A stretch of DNA of 62,289 nt, filler included, from Globobulimina sp. (taxonomy: Eukaryota), in the NCBI GenBank assembly GCA_003354225.1. It is 21 parts of 21 records of this genome, joined end to end, with 100 filler letters (N's around TTAATTAATTAA, not from the genome) between each part and the next. Parts side by side here need not be neighbours in the genome. Positions count along the whole stretch, not along the records: positions 1 to 2,873 come from PIVH01004544.1; positions 2,974 to 5,846 come from PIVH01004545.1; positions 5,947 to 8,819 come from PIVH01004546.1; positions 8,920 to 11,791 come from PIVH01004547.1; 17 more parts are not named here. One strand, 5' to 3'. The position numbers were made by a program, and so were the translations under genes. Below, in pieces: positions 1 to 11,891 of the stretch. The notes beneath the pieces are model-generated. The model searched no databases, was not told where the DNA came from, and worked only from the letters and a program-made list of their open reading frames with translations. The number at the start of each line of letters is the position of its first letter. The first letter of the stretch is position 1.

Positions 1-754
1 ATGTATGTACTTATTTTAACGAATTGCAATTGATTGGAATTAATGTTGAATCAGTAATTAATAATATTATAATAAACAGTTATGGACCAAAACAGTCCCG
101 GCAGTTATCGACATTTTCCAATCAAGGTAGATTTAAATGTAATTTCCATTATGCACCATTTGCATTTTCCGAACGTTTAACAGAATCGAGAGGAAAAGTT
201 GAGCAGAAATAGTTTATTTTATTGTGTTTTTTTTTATTTGCCTTTAATCAAAAACGTTTGTTAATTTTGCACAGTCAATAAAAGAACGTGACATTGCCTC
301 AAATATTGAAAAAGCATTAAAAAATGTAATTTTATTGGATAAATATCCAAAATGCACAATTGAAGCATCTGTTTGGTTATTGGAATGTGATGGAAATACA
401 TTAAGTTGTTCAATAAATACAACATCATTGGCCTTGGTTTATGCAGGAATTCAAATGATAGATTTTGTCACCTGCTCCCAAGCAATAGTTATAAATAAAA
501 ATAAAGATAAAAATAAAATAACTTTGTTAGATGCGACATTATCAGAGGAAAGATATATAAATAAGGAATGTGAAATTATTGTAAGTTTTATGAATGAAAC
601 AAAACATATAACATTGTTAAACATGAATGGATCATTATCGCCCGATAAAACAAAGGAAACATTGCAATTATGTTTAAACGGATGTTTTCAATTAAAGCAT
701 TTAATGAAGAACTCCTTGTTTAAACATTATAATTCAAAATTGCAGCATAACTGA
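1..754 (+). CDS. MTR3: Exosome RNase PH-family subunit, MTR3/EXOSC6-like (5' partial; introns 3-79 and 198-274)
   Basis: Spliced translation IYGPK..GRFKCNFHYAPFA..KERDIASNIEKALKNVILLDKYPKCTIEASVWLLECDG..LALVYAGIQMID matches the RNase PH exosome ring pattern. Both GT..AG introns (77 nt) restore frame. Confidence 0.8.
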
Positions 755-818
755 TATAAATATTCTTTTTGAAAAAAACAAATCATAATTAAAAACAGAC
801 ACTGTACTTTGAACTATA

Positions 819-2375
819 ATGCCTTCCTTTACAACACGTAACAAGCAATATGTATACTACTACCACCGGTGGATACAGCAAAGCGTCGAGCAGCATTTCT
901 TTGACAATACAGCGAACACAATATGGACATTTCTGAAATGGTGGACATTTATTTTTGTCATATTTATGGTAATGAATACTTGGCATTTTGCATATTCTTA
1001 CAACCATGATTTAGATAAATTAGATTGGGTGGTTCAAGTGGTAGATATTACAAACAACATTTGTTTTATTATTTGCATCCATATTATACTTTATATATTG
1101 TTTATGACGCATGGACATGCAAAATCATTTGAGAATCTTTCATACAGAATTATTGTACACGTTGAATGTAAATTGATTTTCAAATTCTTTGTCAGTGTCG
1201 TTGTATGGACACTGATTACCTGCGTTCCGATAGTATTTGGTGATAAACTGATAAGATATTATTTAATCGATACAGAGGCTGCAATATGTAATCATATATA
1301 TTGTTTGCGCTATTTTTCATTGTATTATTTTTATTTATGCATATTATTGCCAGGGTTGACTCCATTAATATTGTATTTGATATATTGTATATATTTATGG
1401 ATGATGGGATGTGTTGATGTCTCTATAAAAGAAAACCAGACGCTTGCAATGAAATTGTTAGATGATGTGAGTAATTTTGATGCAGCAGATTCCAGGAACC
1501 GTGATCGCAGTTTCCTGCAATGGAAAAGAAAAGAGATTGAAAACACATTCAAAAATGAATCAAATGGCTGGAAATGTTATGCATCAAATATTTTGTTTTT
1601 AATATTTTATTTTTTAACTGTTTTAATTGGCAAATTACAATCAAATCTGATAATAATTAACAAAAACTATTTAGTTATATTTATGCAATTTTGTGTTTGG
1701 TGTACAATGTTTAAACAAATAATGAAACTGTTAGCAAGAACACTTGATATAAATAGAGAAAGAAATAGCAAGTATGAATATTTTGTATCGATGGAATATT
1801 TAATGGAATGGATATTTAATGTCATATATTGGCATTGGTTGAAAGTGTTTATAGCATATCACATTCACTCATTTGAAGGCTTTGTATTGTTAATTGTAAT
1901 ACATTTTATAATGGAAATATTTGAAAGTAATATTAAATTTACGCGTTTATATTTTAATATATCCTCCAAAGTGTTGGCTATATTTCAATCAAAAGCTTAT
2001 TATTTATTTATAATGTTTGAAGATAACAGTGATAAAACAGAGTGGAGAAACAGAGTATCTATGGATTTAATTTGTAGATTTTATGCTTCATCTTTGGTTG
2101 GCAATTTTGAAATTTTGTATTTATTGTTTCAAGGTCAAAAATGGTACAATGACAATAATAATATAAATTCATATTGGATATCAATATCATACTTGATAAT
2201 ATCAGTAGTAATTGAATTCATTCATTATTGTGCTACATTTTTTATTATCGCTAAGACTGCAAAATTCTCCGTAACAAATACATTTATGAATTACCTTTGT
2301 ACCATGACTCGATGCCATCTGGTTACATTTTTTATCATATATTATGCTTTCTTTGTGTTTGGATGTTTGTCTTAA
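819..2375 (+). CDS. Multi-pass membrane protein of unknown function (518 aa)
   Basis: Long intronless ORF with many hydrophobic segments; no motif recognised. Confidence 0.7.
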   Translation: MPSFTTRNKQYVYYYHRWIQQSVEQHFFDNTANTIWTFLKWWTFIFVIFMVMNTWHFAYSYNHDLDKLDWVVQVVDITNNICFIICIHIILYILFMTHGHAKSFENLSYRIIVHVECKLIFKFFVSVVVWTLITCVPIVFGDKLIRYYLIDTEAAICNHIYCLRYFSLYYFYLCILLPGLTPLILYLIYCIYLWMMGCVDVSIKENQTLAMKLLDDVSNFDAADSRNRDRSFLQWKRKEIENTFKNESNGWKCYASNILFLIFYFLTVLIGKLQSNLIIINKNYLVIFMQFCVWCTMFKQIMKLLARTLDINRERNSKYEYFVSMEYLMEWIFNVIYWHWLKVFIAYHIHSFEGFVLLIVIHFIMEIFESNIKFTRLYFNISSKVLAIFQSKAYYLFIMFEDNSDKTEWRNRVSMDLICRFYASSLVGNFEILYLLFQGQKWYNDNNNINSYWISISYLIISVVIEFIHYCATFFIIAKTAKFSVTNTFMNYLCTMTRCHLVTFFIIYYAFFVFGCLS

Positions 2376-2584
2376 AAATAAAGGTTCTCGTATACCAGTA
2401 CTAGTGGTGTAATAATTAGGTGCATGTGATTAGGTACATTTTAACTTTGCTAGATGCTGAACCGGAAAGAAAAGAAACGAAACGATACTAAGTCACAAAA
2501 AGCCTTTTTAAGTATATTAAACCCACAAACCTCCAATATATTGGAAATACAACGATACACATTACACAATTACACAAAATATTA

Positions 2585-2873
2585 TTATTTCATATCCAAA
2601 AAAAAAGAATGTTTAAGAGCGTGTTTTGGAGTAATTCTCTTATTTGGATCCAATAAAAGCATTTGGTTCAATAAATCGTCTCCGTCATTTTGCTTCAAAT
2701 CGGATCTCGAGCAAAAGGAAGAAATTGGTTTTCTTTCCCATTTTGGATATTTGGAAGGATTTTTATATTCTTTACAATCTTTGAATACATTTGGCCAATT
2801 TTCAATATTTGGCGAGCCACATTTCTTAAATATATGCATTAATTGACTGATTTCGGAATCGCCCAGGAATAGC
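2585..2873 (-). CDS. Cyclin-dependent kinase, C-terminal part (5' partial)
   Basis: LFLGDSEISQLMHIFKKCGSPNIENWP...LLNQMLLLDPNKRITPKHALKHSFF is the CDK GDSEID motif plus subdomain XI. Confidence 0.9.
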
Positions 2874-2973
2874 NNNNNNNNNNNNNNNNNNNNNNNNNNN
2901 NNNNNNNNNNNNNNNNNTTAATTAATTAANNNNNNNNNNNNNNNNNNNNNNNNNNNNNNNNNNNNNNNNNNNN
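2874..2973. other. Artificial contig linker (N44-TTAATTAATTAA-N44); first of 20 such linkers, one about every 2.97 kb
   Basis: The same 100-nt spacer, with a 12-mer giving stops in all six frames, recurs between contigs of 2873 down to 2869 nt. Confidence 0.99.
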
Positions 2974-5544
2974 CCCTCGTAATCCTCCCTGCCGTCGCCC
3001 TTCCTCCGCCCCACACTGCCGCCGCTCACCTGATCACACCCGCGAATCTGCAACAACTCCTCTTTCAAGCGCCGCTTGGCCGGCTTCGTCCGCTTAATCT
3101 CGTCGTCATTCTCGATGTCCGCCAACGTATCCAATATCTCGTCCAAATCGAAGCTCTTCGACCCCAATCGCACCAACGCCTCCTTGAGCGGATTGCGCAC
3201 CACCTTCAACCGTATGCGCCACCGCCCTTTGCCCTCATCTCCGACGCCGCCGCCAAACTCATCCATACACGACACCACCTTCCAATGCGTCGGCGCAGGC
3301 GATATATACATGGACAGATTGGACTTCTTGCGCCCGCCCGCATTGTGGCTCGTCTTCTGCCGCTTGTTGCGCGACGCCATGTGGTTCCCCGTCCCGTTGC
3401 TCATCTCGCTCACACTGCGTTTCTTGCTCCTCCGTTTGCGCTCAGATTTACGCGAACCGACGCCCGATATGGGACGGCCCGGGTTATAGTCGTCCGACTC
3501 GCCGCCCTGTACACTGCCCACCATATCCTCCTCGGTCTCGCCGCCGGTGAACTCGGCCTCCGATGGCGTCTCTCGCTGCGGCTTGGCGCTGCGCCGCTTC
3601 TTCCTCTTCTTCTTCGACGCCTTTTTCTTGCGGGTTTTGCGCGTCGAGGCCGGCTGGAAATCGCTGCCGCTGTCATTATTATGCCCGCTCGAAGGCCGCT
3701 GTGCGGTGTATTCCTCTCCGTCGACGAGGTCGAAGTCCTCCTCCTCGCTGTACTTTTTCTTGCGTTTAGACTTTTTGCGCTTGGATTTCTTGCCCGATTT
3801 CTTGCCCGCTTTGCGCGACGTTTTCTTGCTCGACTTCTTGGACTTTTTCTTGCCGCGCTTCGACTTCTTCTTGCTCGCTTTCTCGGCGTTGTTGTCGCTG
3901 AGACTGTGCCGCGGCTCCTCTTCGTTGGCGATGTTGGCCGCCAACTTGGTGGCGATGGCCGGCGTGTTGCTGATAATGTTGCGAGCGGCCTGCGTGGGGT
4001 CCACGCCTTGGGCGCGCCGCTGCTTCAACTGCTGTTGGATCAATTTGATTAACTGCGTGAACTGCGGCTGCGAGTCCATGAGCGAGGTCAGGAACTGCAC
4101 GGCGTGCGTCCGCGACGTGGTGACGGTGTTGTGATACTCCATGGATTGCAGCCACGTCTCGATCTGAGGGTATTGGTGCAATAACACCAAGACGATGTCG
4201 ATGGGGTTCTCGTTCTCGAACATTGGGTTTTCGGTGCCGCCGTTGGGCTGGATATTGATCTGCGGCGTACCTTGGTTGTTTGCTGCCGGATGTTGAGCTA
4301 AATGTAGTTTCAGAATGTTTGTATTTCTGCATTATGGATATCTCCGTGAGGGGGTTACTGAACTGTTGTGGTGCTGGTTTTGCTGTGGATTGTAAGTGTA
4401 TTGCTGCTGTGCAGCGTATTGGTTATTGGGAGTGTAATCGTGATGTTGTTGGGATTGGTCGCGTTGGGTTTGCGGTGCTGGTACTTGGGGGTGGTGCTGC
4501 AGTGCTGCTTGTTGTTGAGCGGCTTGTTGTGCTGCTTGGGCCTGAACCTGCGCTTGATTTTGAGCTTGTACTTGTTGTACTGTGTGGTTCTGAGGTTGTG
4601 TGTATGTGATATTGTGAGAACACTGCCTGTGTTATATATGGATAGGGAGGGCTTAACTGATTGGTTTAGGCGGCTCACTATTTCGTTGTGTAATTGCTGG
4701 ACGCGCTCGAATGTCATAGCTAAAACTTGCTCGATGGTCACGCGACCCGTATATGCTTGGACTATATTCCGCGCCATTTGGATTTTTTGCTGTTGTTGCT
4801 GGGGTCCTTCGTTTTGGCCTGAAAAGTGTTGATTTGCTGAATAACAATGAGATAAAAAAAAATTTGCAACGAGTTTTATTTTTGCAAAAAATAAAAAAAA
4901 AGTGGAGTTTCGGCGCGAAAATGCGCGAAAATTCTAGAGTGCGTATCGTGCATTCATCAAATTTGTTGGTTTTTTTTGTTTGTTTTTGTAAACAAAAATA
5001 ACACAGTATCCTTGCACCAATCTTATGGAGGGGCTGTATTGATCGATGTGTTTTGGAGGCAGGACATACGAGGAACGGGTTGTGATTGTATTTGATGATT
5101 GGTTTGGTTTTGTTGCTGTTGTTGCTGTTGCTGCTGTTGCTGTGTCTGTTGTTGCTGTGTTTGTTGTTGTTGTTGTTGTGTGACTGGATTGGGATGATGT
5201 TGTTGAATTTGCTGTGGATGCATTTGTTGTTGTTGTTGTTGAGCAGCCTGTGCTTGAGCCTGAGCTTGCTGTGCTTGAATTTGTTGGGCTTGCACTTGCT
5301 GTGCTACTTGTTGCTGTTGCTGTTGCTGAGCCTGTTGTTGCTGAGCTTGTTGTTGCTGAGCTTGTTGTTGCTGCGCTTGCTGTTGCTGAGCTTGCTGTCC
5401 TTGCATTTGTGCGGCCATTTGCTGTCTGAAATACATTTGAATTTGGTCCGGCGAATAACCGGCATTTCTCATTCCTTGAACCCATGGGACTAATGTTGGA
5501 TGGGTTGCGCCTAAATTCGGATCTAGGATATTAATATTTTGCAT
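2974..5544 (-). CDS. Poly-Gln, Lys/Arg-rich putative nuclear protein (3' partial; introns 5069-4837, 4657-4590, 4363-4298)
   Basis: Three GT..AG introns join ORFs 5023-5565, 4355-4777 and 2922-4223 in phase. Poly-Q N-terminus and NLS-like basic tracts (KKKSKRGKKKSKK). Confidence 0.7.
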
Positions 5545-5970
5545 TGTCAATTTTATTGATTTCAACGTACTCTTCGCTCTTTCAAAGCTATTGTCACTAT
5601 TTTTAAAGTTTTCGAAAAAAAATCAAAAAACATGCATAAAAAACACGAAAATGCATGGTTCTCCGTTGTTCAGTAGAATTCATACTTTGCACAGTTGATA
5701 TAACACAGCCAATACCATCATGCTATTGTCACCAAAGCTATTTTTTACCTTAAAGGCGCAAATATTTATAAGTGCCAAGCAATTCTATCATATAATTCAC
5801 AAAATAATTGATGTTAATAACGTAACCCACAAACCTTGTCTAAAACNNNNNNNNNNNNNNNNNNNNNNNNNNNNNNNNNNNNNNNNNNNNTTAATTAATT
5901 AANNNNNNNNNNNNNNNNNNNNNNNNNNNNNNNNNNNNNNNNNNNNTTATTATAATTATTGCTATTAACG

Positions 5971-7167
5971 CTACGCAATTCGATTCGAATCATATTTTAA
6001 ATTCCAATTCTTTATAGCATTCATTGTTTGTTTCGAATTATTTATTCCACAATGTCCTCCTCGATCACATATTAAAACCTTTGTTAAATATTTAAAATAG
6101 GTTTGATCAATTTGTTGGAAGGGAATTACAAAATCATTCTTTGCAATAATTCTCAAAATGGGAACATTGGAAATTGAAGAATCACAAAAAGAGCGTAGAT
6201 TAAGTTCTTCATCTTCGCATTTTGTCCATTCTTTATTTGAACAAACTTCAGTACAGTTTTGAATAAATTTCCATCCATTAAGCCAATTGTAATTAATTTT
6301 ATGTTTAATCATATTCCAGGATCCACTCTGATATTGCAACCATTGAATATGAAATGCAAAATATAGATCCAATCTAAAAAACCAATTATTTTTGGCAGAA
6401 ACTACAGCTTCTCGAACTATATCGGGAGCATGAACCAACACTAATGATTTTAACTTAATTTCGCTATAAATCTCTTTATTTTGTAACGTATGCAATGTTC
6501 GTAATGCTAAAACTGTGCCGATCGAGAAACCAATCAATGAAATATCATATCCATCGTTATATAAATTTGTAATATACTCAATTAAATATAATGTTTCTGT
6601 TGGTGGTATCAATGGTTTTTGTTTCATTTTAGTTGATATTCCCGGATTGTTAAAACAAACAAATTCGGATCCACTGAATAAATTATTTCTTGCTATTACA
6701 ACAACGCCAGGATCGATATCAAACATTCCGCCGGGAAGACATATCCAAATATGTTTCTTTTTAGATTTACATTGGATTTGTATCAAATTATTTGATGCTG
6801 GAAACCAAATACAATATTTCTCTCCGTCTTTGGCTGTAATTTCTTGTTTATCAAATTTTATTTGATGATATGTTTGTAAATACAATAATGCCAATTGTGA
6901 TGAATCAGCAATGCCGCTCCACCATACTCTATGGCTTCTGATTTGATGCAATACATAAAAAACCAATAAATAACTCATTAATTTTTTCCGTTGATAATGA
7001 TATGCAAAGAAGAATGACATCAAATATCTCAATTTTTTTTTCATAAATTTAGCTAAAATATGCAATAACGACTTAATAAATCGGATCCGTTTAGTTGCTG
7101 GACCTTTGCGGGCTAAATTAATCAGGGAAGAACTGGAGAGGCTGCCATGCTTTGAGAGCTGTAACAT
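5971..7167 (-). CDS. Alpha/beta hydrolase, ABHD1-3/YheT-like
   Basis: Nucleophile elbow GFSIG, oxyanion LPGG, FNNPG, acid AKNDFVIP and His motif GGHCG. Confidence 0.8.
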   Translation of the reverse strand: MLQLSKHGSLSSSSLINLARKGPATKRIRFIKSLLHILAKFMKKKLRYLMSFFFAYHYQRKKLMSYLLVFYVLHQIRSHRVWWSGIADSSQLALLYLQTYHQIKFDKQEITAKDGEKYCIWFPASNNLIQIQCKSKKKHIWICLPGGMFDIDPGVVVIARNNLFSGSEFVCFNNPGISTKMKQKPLIPPTETLYLIEYITNLYNDGYDISLIGFSIGTVLALRTLHTLQNKEIYSEIKLKSLVLVHAPDIVREAVVSAKNNWFFRLDLYFAFHIQWLQYQSGSWNMIKHKINYNWLNGWKFIQNCTEVCSNKEWTKCEDEELNLRSFCDSSISNVPILRIIAKNDFVIPFQQIDQTYFKYLTKVLICDRGGHCGINNSKQTMNAIKNWNLKYDSNRIA

Positions 7168-7191
7168 TATCTTCCTAAGTCCGCGCGAAAA

Positions 7192-8343
7192 ATGGTAATC
7201 TTGACCTATAAATCTTTGTGCATCCCTTTAGCAGTCATGCTTGCCATAATATTTGTAACCTACATCAAAGTATCTTTGGTTACATCAATAGCCACAGATT
7301 ATGTCGGTGAGAATCAAGTGCAATTCGAAACACATGATCTACTCTCAAATACTTTTGTGTCAGCAATAGCCGCCGTTGATGATGATGATAGTCATGATAC
7401 GCACTCAACTTCTTTTGTAACATCAACACCAACAGATTATGTGGACGAGATATCGAATGTGAAACAATTGTGGTTAATACGGCATGGCGAGCGCATGGAT
7501 GAAGTTAAAACAATAACATCTCAACATTGGGCCAAATACACTGCGAGGAATCGGTTGTTTGATCCTCCGCTGACACATAATGGCTTGCAGCAGGCAGAAG
7601 AGCGAGGATACCTTTTATTGCAATATTTATCAAAATATAAAATGGATAAAACTTATTATCCAAAATATGTGTATTCGTCACCGACACAAAGAACCATTGC
7701 CACTGCAATGAAAATAGCACAAATTCTAAAGTTACCAATCAAAGTAATCCCAGGCTTATCGTCATGCGCTAGCGCGGTGAGCAGAGGCGGGCTGAGGAGA
7801 GAAAATATTGATAAAAATGATGGCCATCATCACTGGGAATTGTATTTACAACGATGCGGATTTATGCATCGAACCTATCTCTATCATTGTAAATTTTTAA
7901 CCAAACATGAAATTGTTAAGAAGTTTGCGCAAAATGACACAAAGATATTATTTGATTACACCGAAACATTTATGCATCGGTTTGCAAATACTGTGCAAAC
8001 ATTGGTAAACAGTTCGGACACTAATATTATTTTGGCAGTAACACACCGCGAAGGCATCATGTACTTGGATGATATATTGAGTTATTCTCGCATTCCATAC
8101 TGTAAACTTGCAAAGTATGCATTTGTGGCAAACTCTGGAACTCAAATCTATAAAAATGCATTCAAATATTTTGAGGATGATGAAAATAAAGAAGTGTCCA
8201 TGCAAACGTTTCATAGTCCATTTACATATACAATTCGGAGTGATGTTGTCGTTACGGATACGTATCTCAAAACTGAGAATATGAAGTTGAAAGCAGAGAT
8301 TATGGAACTAAGAGATAAATTGTTAAGACTTGAGAACATTTGA
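7192..8343 (+). CDS. Histidine phosphatase (phosphoglycerate mutase-like) with N-terminal signal anchor
   Basis: LIRHGER, DPPLT..G, YSSP..RT..TA and VTHREG motifs; hydrophobic N-terminus. Confidence 0.88.
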   Translation: MVILTYKSLCIPLAVMLAIIFVTYIKVSLVTSIATDYVGENQVQFETHDLLSNTFVSAIAAVDDDDSHDTHSTSFVTSTPTDYVDEISNVKQLWLIRHGERMDEVKTITSQHWAKYTARNRLFDPPLTHNGLQQAEERGYLLLQYLSKYKMDKTYYPKYVYSSPTQRTIATAMKIAQILKLPIKVIPGLSSCASAVSRGGLRRENIDKNDGHHHWELYLQRCGFMHRTYLYHCKFLTKHEIVKKFAQNDTKILFDYTETFMHRFANTVQTLVNSSDTNIILAVTHREGIMYLDDILSYSRIPYCKLAKYAFVANSGTQIYKNAFKYFEDDENKEVSMQTFHSPFTYTIRSDVVVTDTYLKTENMKLKAEIMELRDKLLRLENI

Positions 8344-8588
8344 GCGTGCATTTGAGCCTTGCAACAGTTGACTTTTTAGGTCCACACTTCGTTTCTATTC
8401 GGTTTGCAAATCCAACACAAAGTTATAACAAATGAATATTTGAATGGAATATATCTTTAAAATCACGAGCTTTTTCTTTCTTTTTTTCTGACAGCAATTA
8501 CGTGCAAATACGATGTACTCAATTATTAAAATGTGTAATCTATTCTGAACCCACCATTAATATTTTAAGTGAAAACATCCCCTTCACC

Positions 8589-8785
8589 ATGTTTTGGATT
8601 TTGCTATCCTTCATAGGTTTTGTATCAACAACAACAGACAAAGAATCATGTGATGTAACAACAGACAACGGAGAAAACACTCAAAGAATAGAAAAGTCGT
8701 TAAGCGAAACACATGCACCAAATGACGAAGATACTTCTCCAGGCGAATTTCGCCACGTTGCGGAGCCTCAAGACGTTCAATTCTG
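8589..8785 (+). CDS. First exon of a putative secreted protein (3' partial)
   Basis: Signal-like MFWILLSFIGFVS followed by a hydrophilic stretch and a GTATAT donor near the contig end. Confidence 0.4.
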
Positions 8786-8963
8786 GTATATATGCATTCT
8801 ACCTTTACAACTAAACATANNNNNNNNNNNNNNNNNNNNNNNNNNNNNNNNNNNNNNNNNNNNTTAATTAATTAANNNNNNNNNNNNNNNNNNNNNNNNN
8901 NNNNNNNNNNNNNNNNNNNGTTTTTATGTGTAAAATATTAATATTATATACATTTTATACATA

Positions 8964-11600
8964 GGGATGCACATAATTCATTTTACCGGAACAGGAACGG
9001 GCGGGATGGAGATATATAATACAATGATGATCAACAATATAGCTCACAATGGCGGCGCTATTCGCAGTGACAGAGGAACTTATTATTTGCAAAATGTTAC
9101 CTTTCATAACAACACCGCCAAAGCGGATGGCGGAGCAATTAATGATGTGATGGCAACCGAAGGCTGCGAAATTGCAAAGAAAAGCAGTTATACGTATGCC
9201 GCACATGTCGGACCAGACACTGTATTCAAACAAAACCACGCACGATATGGCGGTGCGATATATTCCACGAACTGTAACATGTATATTGACAGTGCTGTGT
9301 TTGCCAATAACACCGGAATCACTTCAGGCGGTGCTGTATTGTTTGACGTTTCTACCTCGAATATAACCGTATTTAACACCCAATTTATATCCAACTTTGT
9401 AGCGCATTCTGGTGGTGGCGCAGTGAGCATATCGGGTGGGAATATTGTGTTTAATCAATGTCTGTTTAGCCATAATTCTGCAAATCACATTGACAGTATT
9501 GGGGGAGCCATATTGTTGCAAGTTATTGACGGTTTTGTGGATGATGACACATCGACATTTATATTCAATTCTGTGTTGCAATCAAACGTGGCGCCTTCTG
9601 GAGGCGGTATAGCTGTGCAAATGTTAGGTATTAATGGTGAAACAAGTTATGATTATGATGTTATTTCATATTTATTAAACATAGAAAATGTAACAATGCG
9701 CGGTAATGCGGCATTGAAGCATTGCGGTGGTGCGGTTTACTTAGATCATGGAACCATTAATTTTGCGAATAACAATATCATGAATAACAAAGCAGTTACG
9801 TGTGGTGGCGGTGTTTATGTGGAGAATGGCGCTATAAATGTAATGGAAGACGTGTATGATAATAATATGGCAGGTGATTATGGTGGAGGCTTAGTGACAA
9901 ATTCTGTATTTACAAAGTTAATAAATGTAGATATGAATAATAATTCTGCAGTCAATTATGGCGGAGGCATTTACATACAACAATGTCCCATAGTTTTGTG
10001 GCAAGGATTAGAGTTTGATGAGTATAACAATGCAATGTTTGGCGGAGCAGATATTTTTATGATGGATAAATGCAATGACTTTTATAATGGTGATAACAAT
10101 GCTAGTTTAGAAACAGTACCTATTTCATATAACATTTCCTGGGAAATTCCGACTGAATTTTCACATTTCGATGAGTTGGTCGTTTTAGTTAATTTATTTG
10201 ATGGATTTGGCTCAAAAGTGACAATATTATCACCCAACGATAGGTTCATCATATCATTAATGTACACATCTGAATGGGATAATTGTTTATTATTAATCGG
10301 TGGCGATGTAACTGAGTTTTCCAACGATTTAAACGGTGATTTAAAACTCAAATTTAATATTCAAGTATCAGATGCTGCCAATTGTAGTAGCATATATGCG
10401 CAAGAAATTAAAATCGAAATTTTATTCAATTTAAGCTTGAAGCATAACGGGGATTTAGTAGAAGAATATGCGTTCGCAGCAACTTATTTTAATGCAATAT
10501 TCTCGCTGCCGATAGGTATCGTAGTATTTGGCCATTTAACTAATGTGATATGCACATTATCAGTGATAATAACCGCATTCTTTATGTATAAACACCGCAA
10601 ACATAGAGTGATCAAAGGCAGCAGAATATCATTTATGATGATATTAATAATCGGTTTGCTCTTATTATCATTCGTAGAATCAATGTTTGTCGAGGTTCCA
10701 TGGACAATGTCGTGTGCCAGTTATGTTTGGATGTTTTCAATCTCATTTTTGTTGATATTCGCGCCGGTCGCTGCTAAAACGTGGTCAATATATCGCGTTT
10801 TTGAAGAGGCGCAGAATTTGAAGATATTCTATTGGGACGCAAAGAAATTATTTATTGTGTTTGTGGCGATTCCGTTTGTTTTCGTCTTCATATTATTGCT
10901 TTGTTGGACATTAATCGAAGGTGCAAATGATACCATTTTGGTGTTTGATACTTCAAACAAGTATTTAGTGGAAGAATGTGCATATAACAATGCCTGGTTA
11001 ATTGTGGCATTTGTCATTGTGTTTATGGGTGTAATATTTTTGGCTTATTTGGCAGTAAAAGCTCGCCACGTTCCGGAAAACTACAGAGAGTCCAAATATA
11101 TTTTCTTGTGTATTTTAACATTATTTTTAATATTTTTATTTTTTGTCCCATTGTCGTTTATACAAAATATTGGGACAACAGTTCAAAGAGTGATACGTAT
11201 TATTTCTGTTTTTTTATGCATTCAATCTATTTTGATATTTTTATTTTATACCAAATTTAATATTGTGTGGAATGGCAAATTTCAAAAGGAATCATTGGAT
11301 CTTGAAGAAGAAGAACAAGTTATTTCACAAATCGAAGCTTCGAGTACTAATAAATCGAAACATACTTCAAACTCCAATCGGAAAAGTATAAAAAAAATGT
11401 TTTCATTATTTTCTTCTTCCAAAAAAAGTGGAGACGCTGAAAATAATAATAATGCAGCAATACCACCACCATTACAGACTGGCATTGGAATGGAAGCGGA
11501 AACTGTAGAATTAGAACCAGCAAATGTTTTAACTGATAGTGAATATCCTCATGATGTAATCCGTATGTTATCAAGTTCTGATATTGAATTTCATGATTGA
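8964..11600 (+). CDS. Class C (GABA-B/mGluR-like) 7TM receptor with POMP-repeat beta-helix ectodomain (5' partial)
   Basis: Many GGA(I/V)/GGG(I/V) and FxxN repeats, then seven hydrophobic helices with class C signatures KHRVIKGS..F, AKTWSIYRVF and KARHVPENYRESKYI. Acceptor catag ends at 8963. Confidence 0.85.
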   Translation, partial: GMHIIHFTGTGTGGMEIYNTMMINNIAHNGGAIRSDRGTYYLQNVTFHNNTAKADGGAINDVMATEGCEIAKKSSYTYAAHVGPDTVFKQNHARYGGAIYSTNCNMYIDSAVFANNTGITSGGAVLFDVSTSNITVFNTQFISNFVAHSGGGAVSISGGNIVFNQCLFSHNSANHIDSIGGAILLQVIDGFVDDDTSTFIFNSVLQSNVAPSGGGIAVQMLGINGETSYDYDVISYLLNIENVTMRGNAALKHCGGAVYLDHGTINFANNNIMNNKAVTCGGGVYVENGAINVMEDVYDNNMAGDYGGGLVTNSVFTKLINVDMNNNSAVNYGGGIYIQQCPIVLWQGLEFDEYNNAMFGGADIFMMDKCNDFYNGDNNASLETVPISYNISWEIPTEFSHFDELVVLVNLFDGFGSKVTILSPNDRFIISLMYTSEWDNCLLLIGGDVTEFSNDLNGDLKLKFNIQVSDAANCSSIYAQEIKIEILFNLSLKHNGDLVEEYAFAATYFNAIFSLPIGIVVFGHLTNVICTLSVIITAFFMYKHRKHRVIKGSRISFMMILIIGLLLLSFVESMFVEVPWTMSCASYVWMFSISFLLIFAPVAAKTWSIYRVFEEAQNLKIFYWDAKKLFIVFVAIPFVFVFILLLCWTLIEGANDTILVFDTSNKYLVEECAYNNAWLIVAFVIVFMGVIFLAYLAVKARHVPENYRESKYIFLCILTLFLIFLFFVPLSFIQNIGTTVQRVIRIISVFLCIQSILIFLFYTKFNIVWNGKFQKESLDLEEEEQVISQIEASSTNKSKHTSNSNRKSIKKMFSLFSSSKKSGDAENNNNAAIPPPLQTGIGMEAETVELEPANVLTDSEYPHDVIRMLSSSDIEFHD

Positions 11601-11891
11601 CATAATTTATTTTGTTTGTAATAAAATTGTACATTTGTAAATCTTTTTGGAGCCTACACAAGTTAAATAGCGCCTAAATAGTTTGCTAAATAGTTTCATA
11701 TTTTCGTTTTTGTATTGTAGTGTTTTATCAGAAGTCAATTAAAGTTTTCGAGTGGGGGGGAGGGGGCGTTACTGGATATGTTTTTCGCAATNNNNNNNNN
11801 NNNNNNNNNNNNNNNNNNNNNNNNNNNNNNNNNNNTTAATTAATTAANNNNNNNNNNNNNNNNNNNNNNNNNNNNNNNNNNNNNNNNNNNN

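Noticed and set aside
2874-2973. Regularly spaced TTAATTAATTAA palindromes, and ORFs ending in X runs or LIN
   Set aside because: Synthetic contig linker; these ORF ends and any cross-linker gene clusters are artefacts.
3076-5493. Long plus-strand ORFs (poly-Leu, Val/Ala-rich)
   Set aside because: Antisense shadows of the GC-rich, poly-Gln minus-strand gene.
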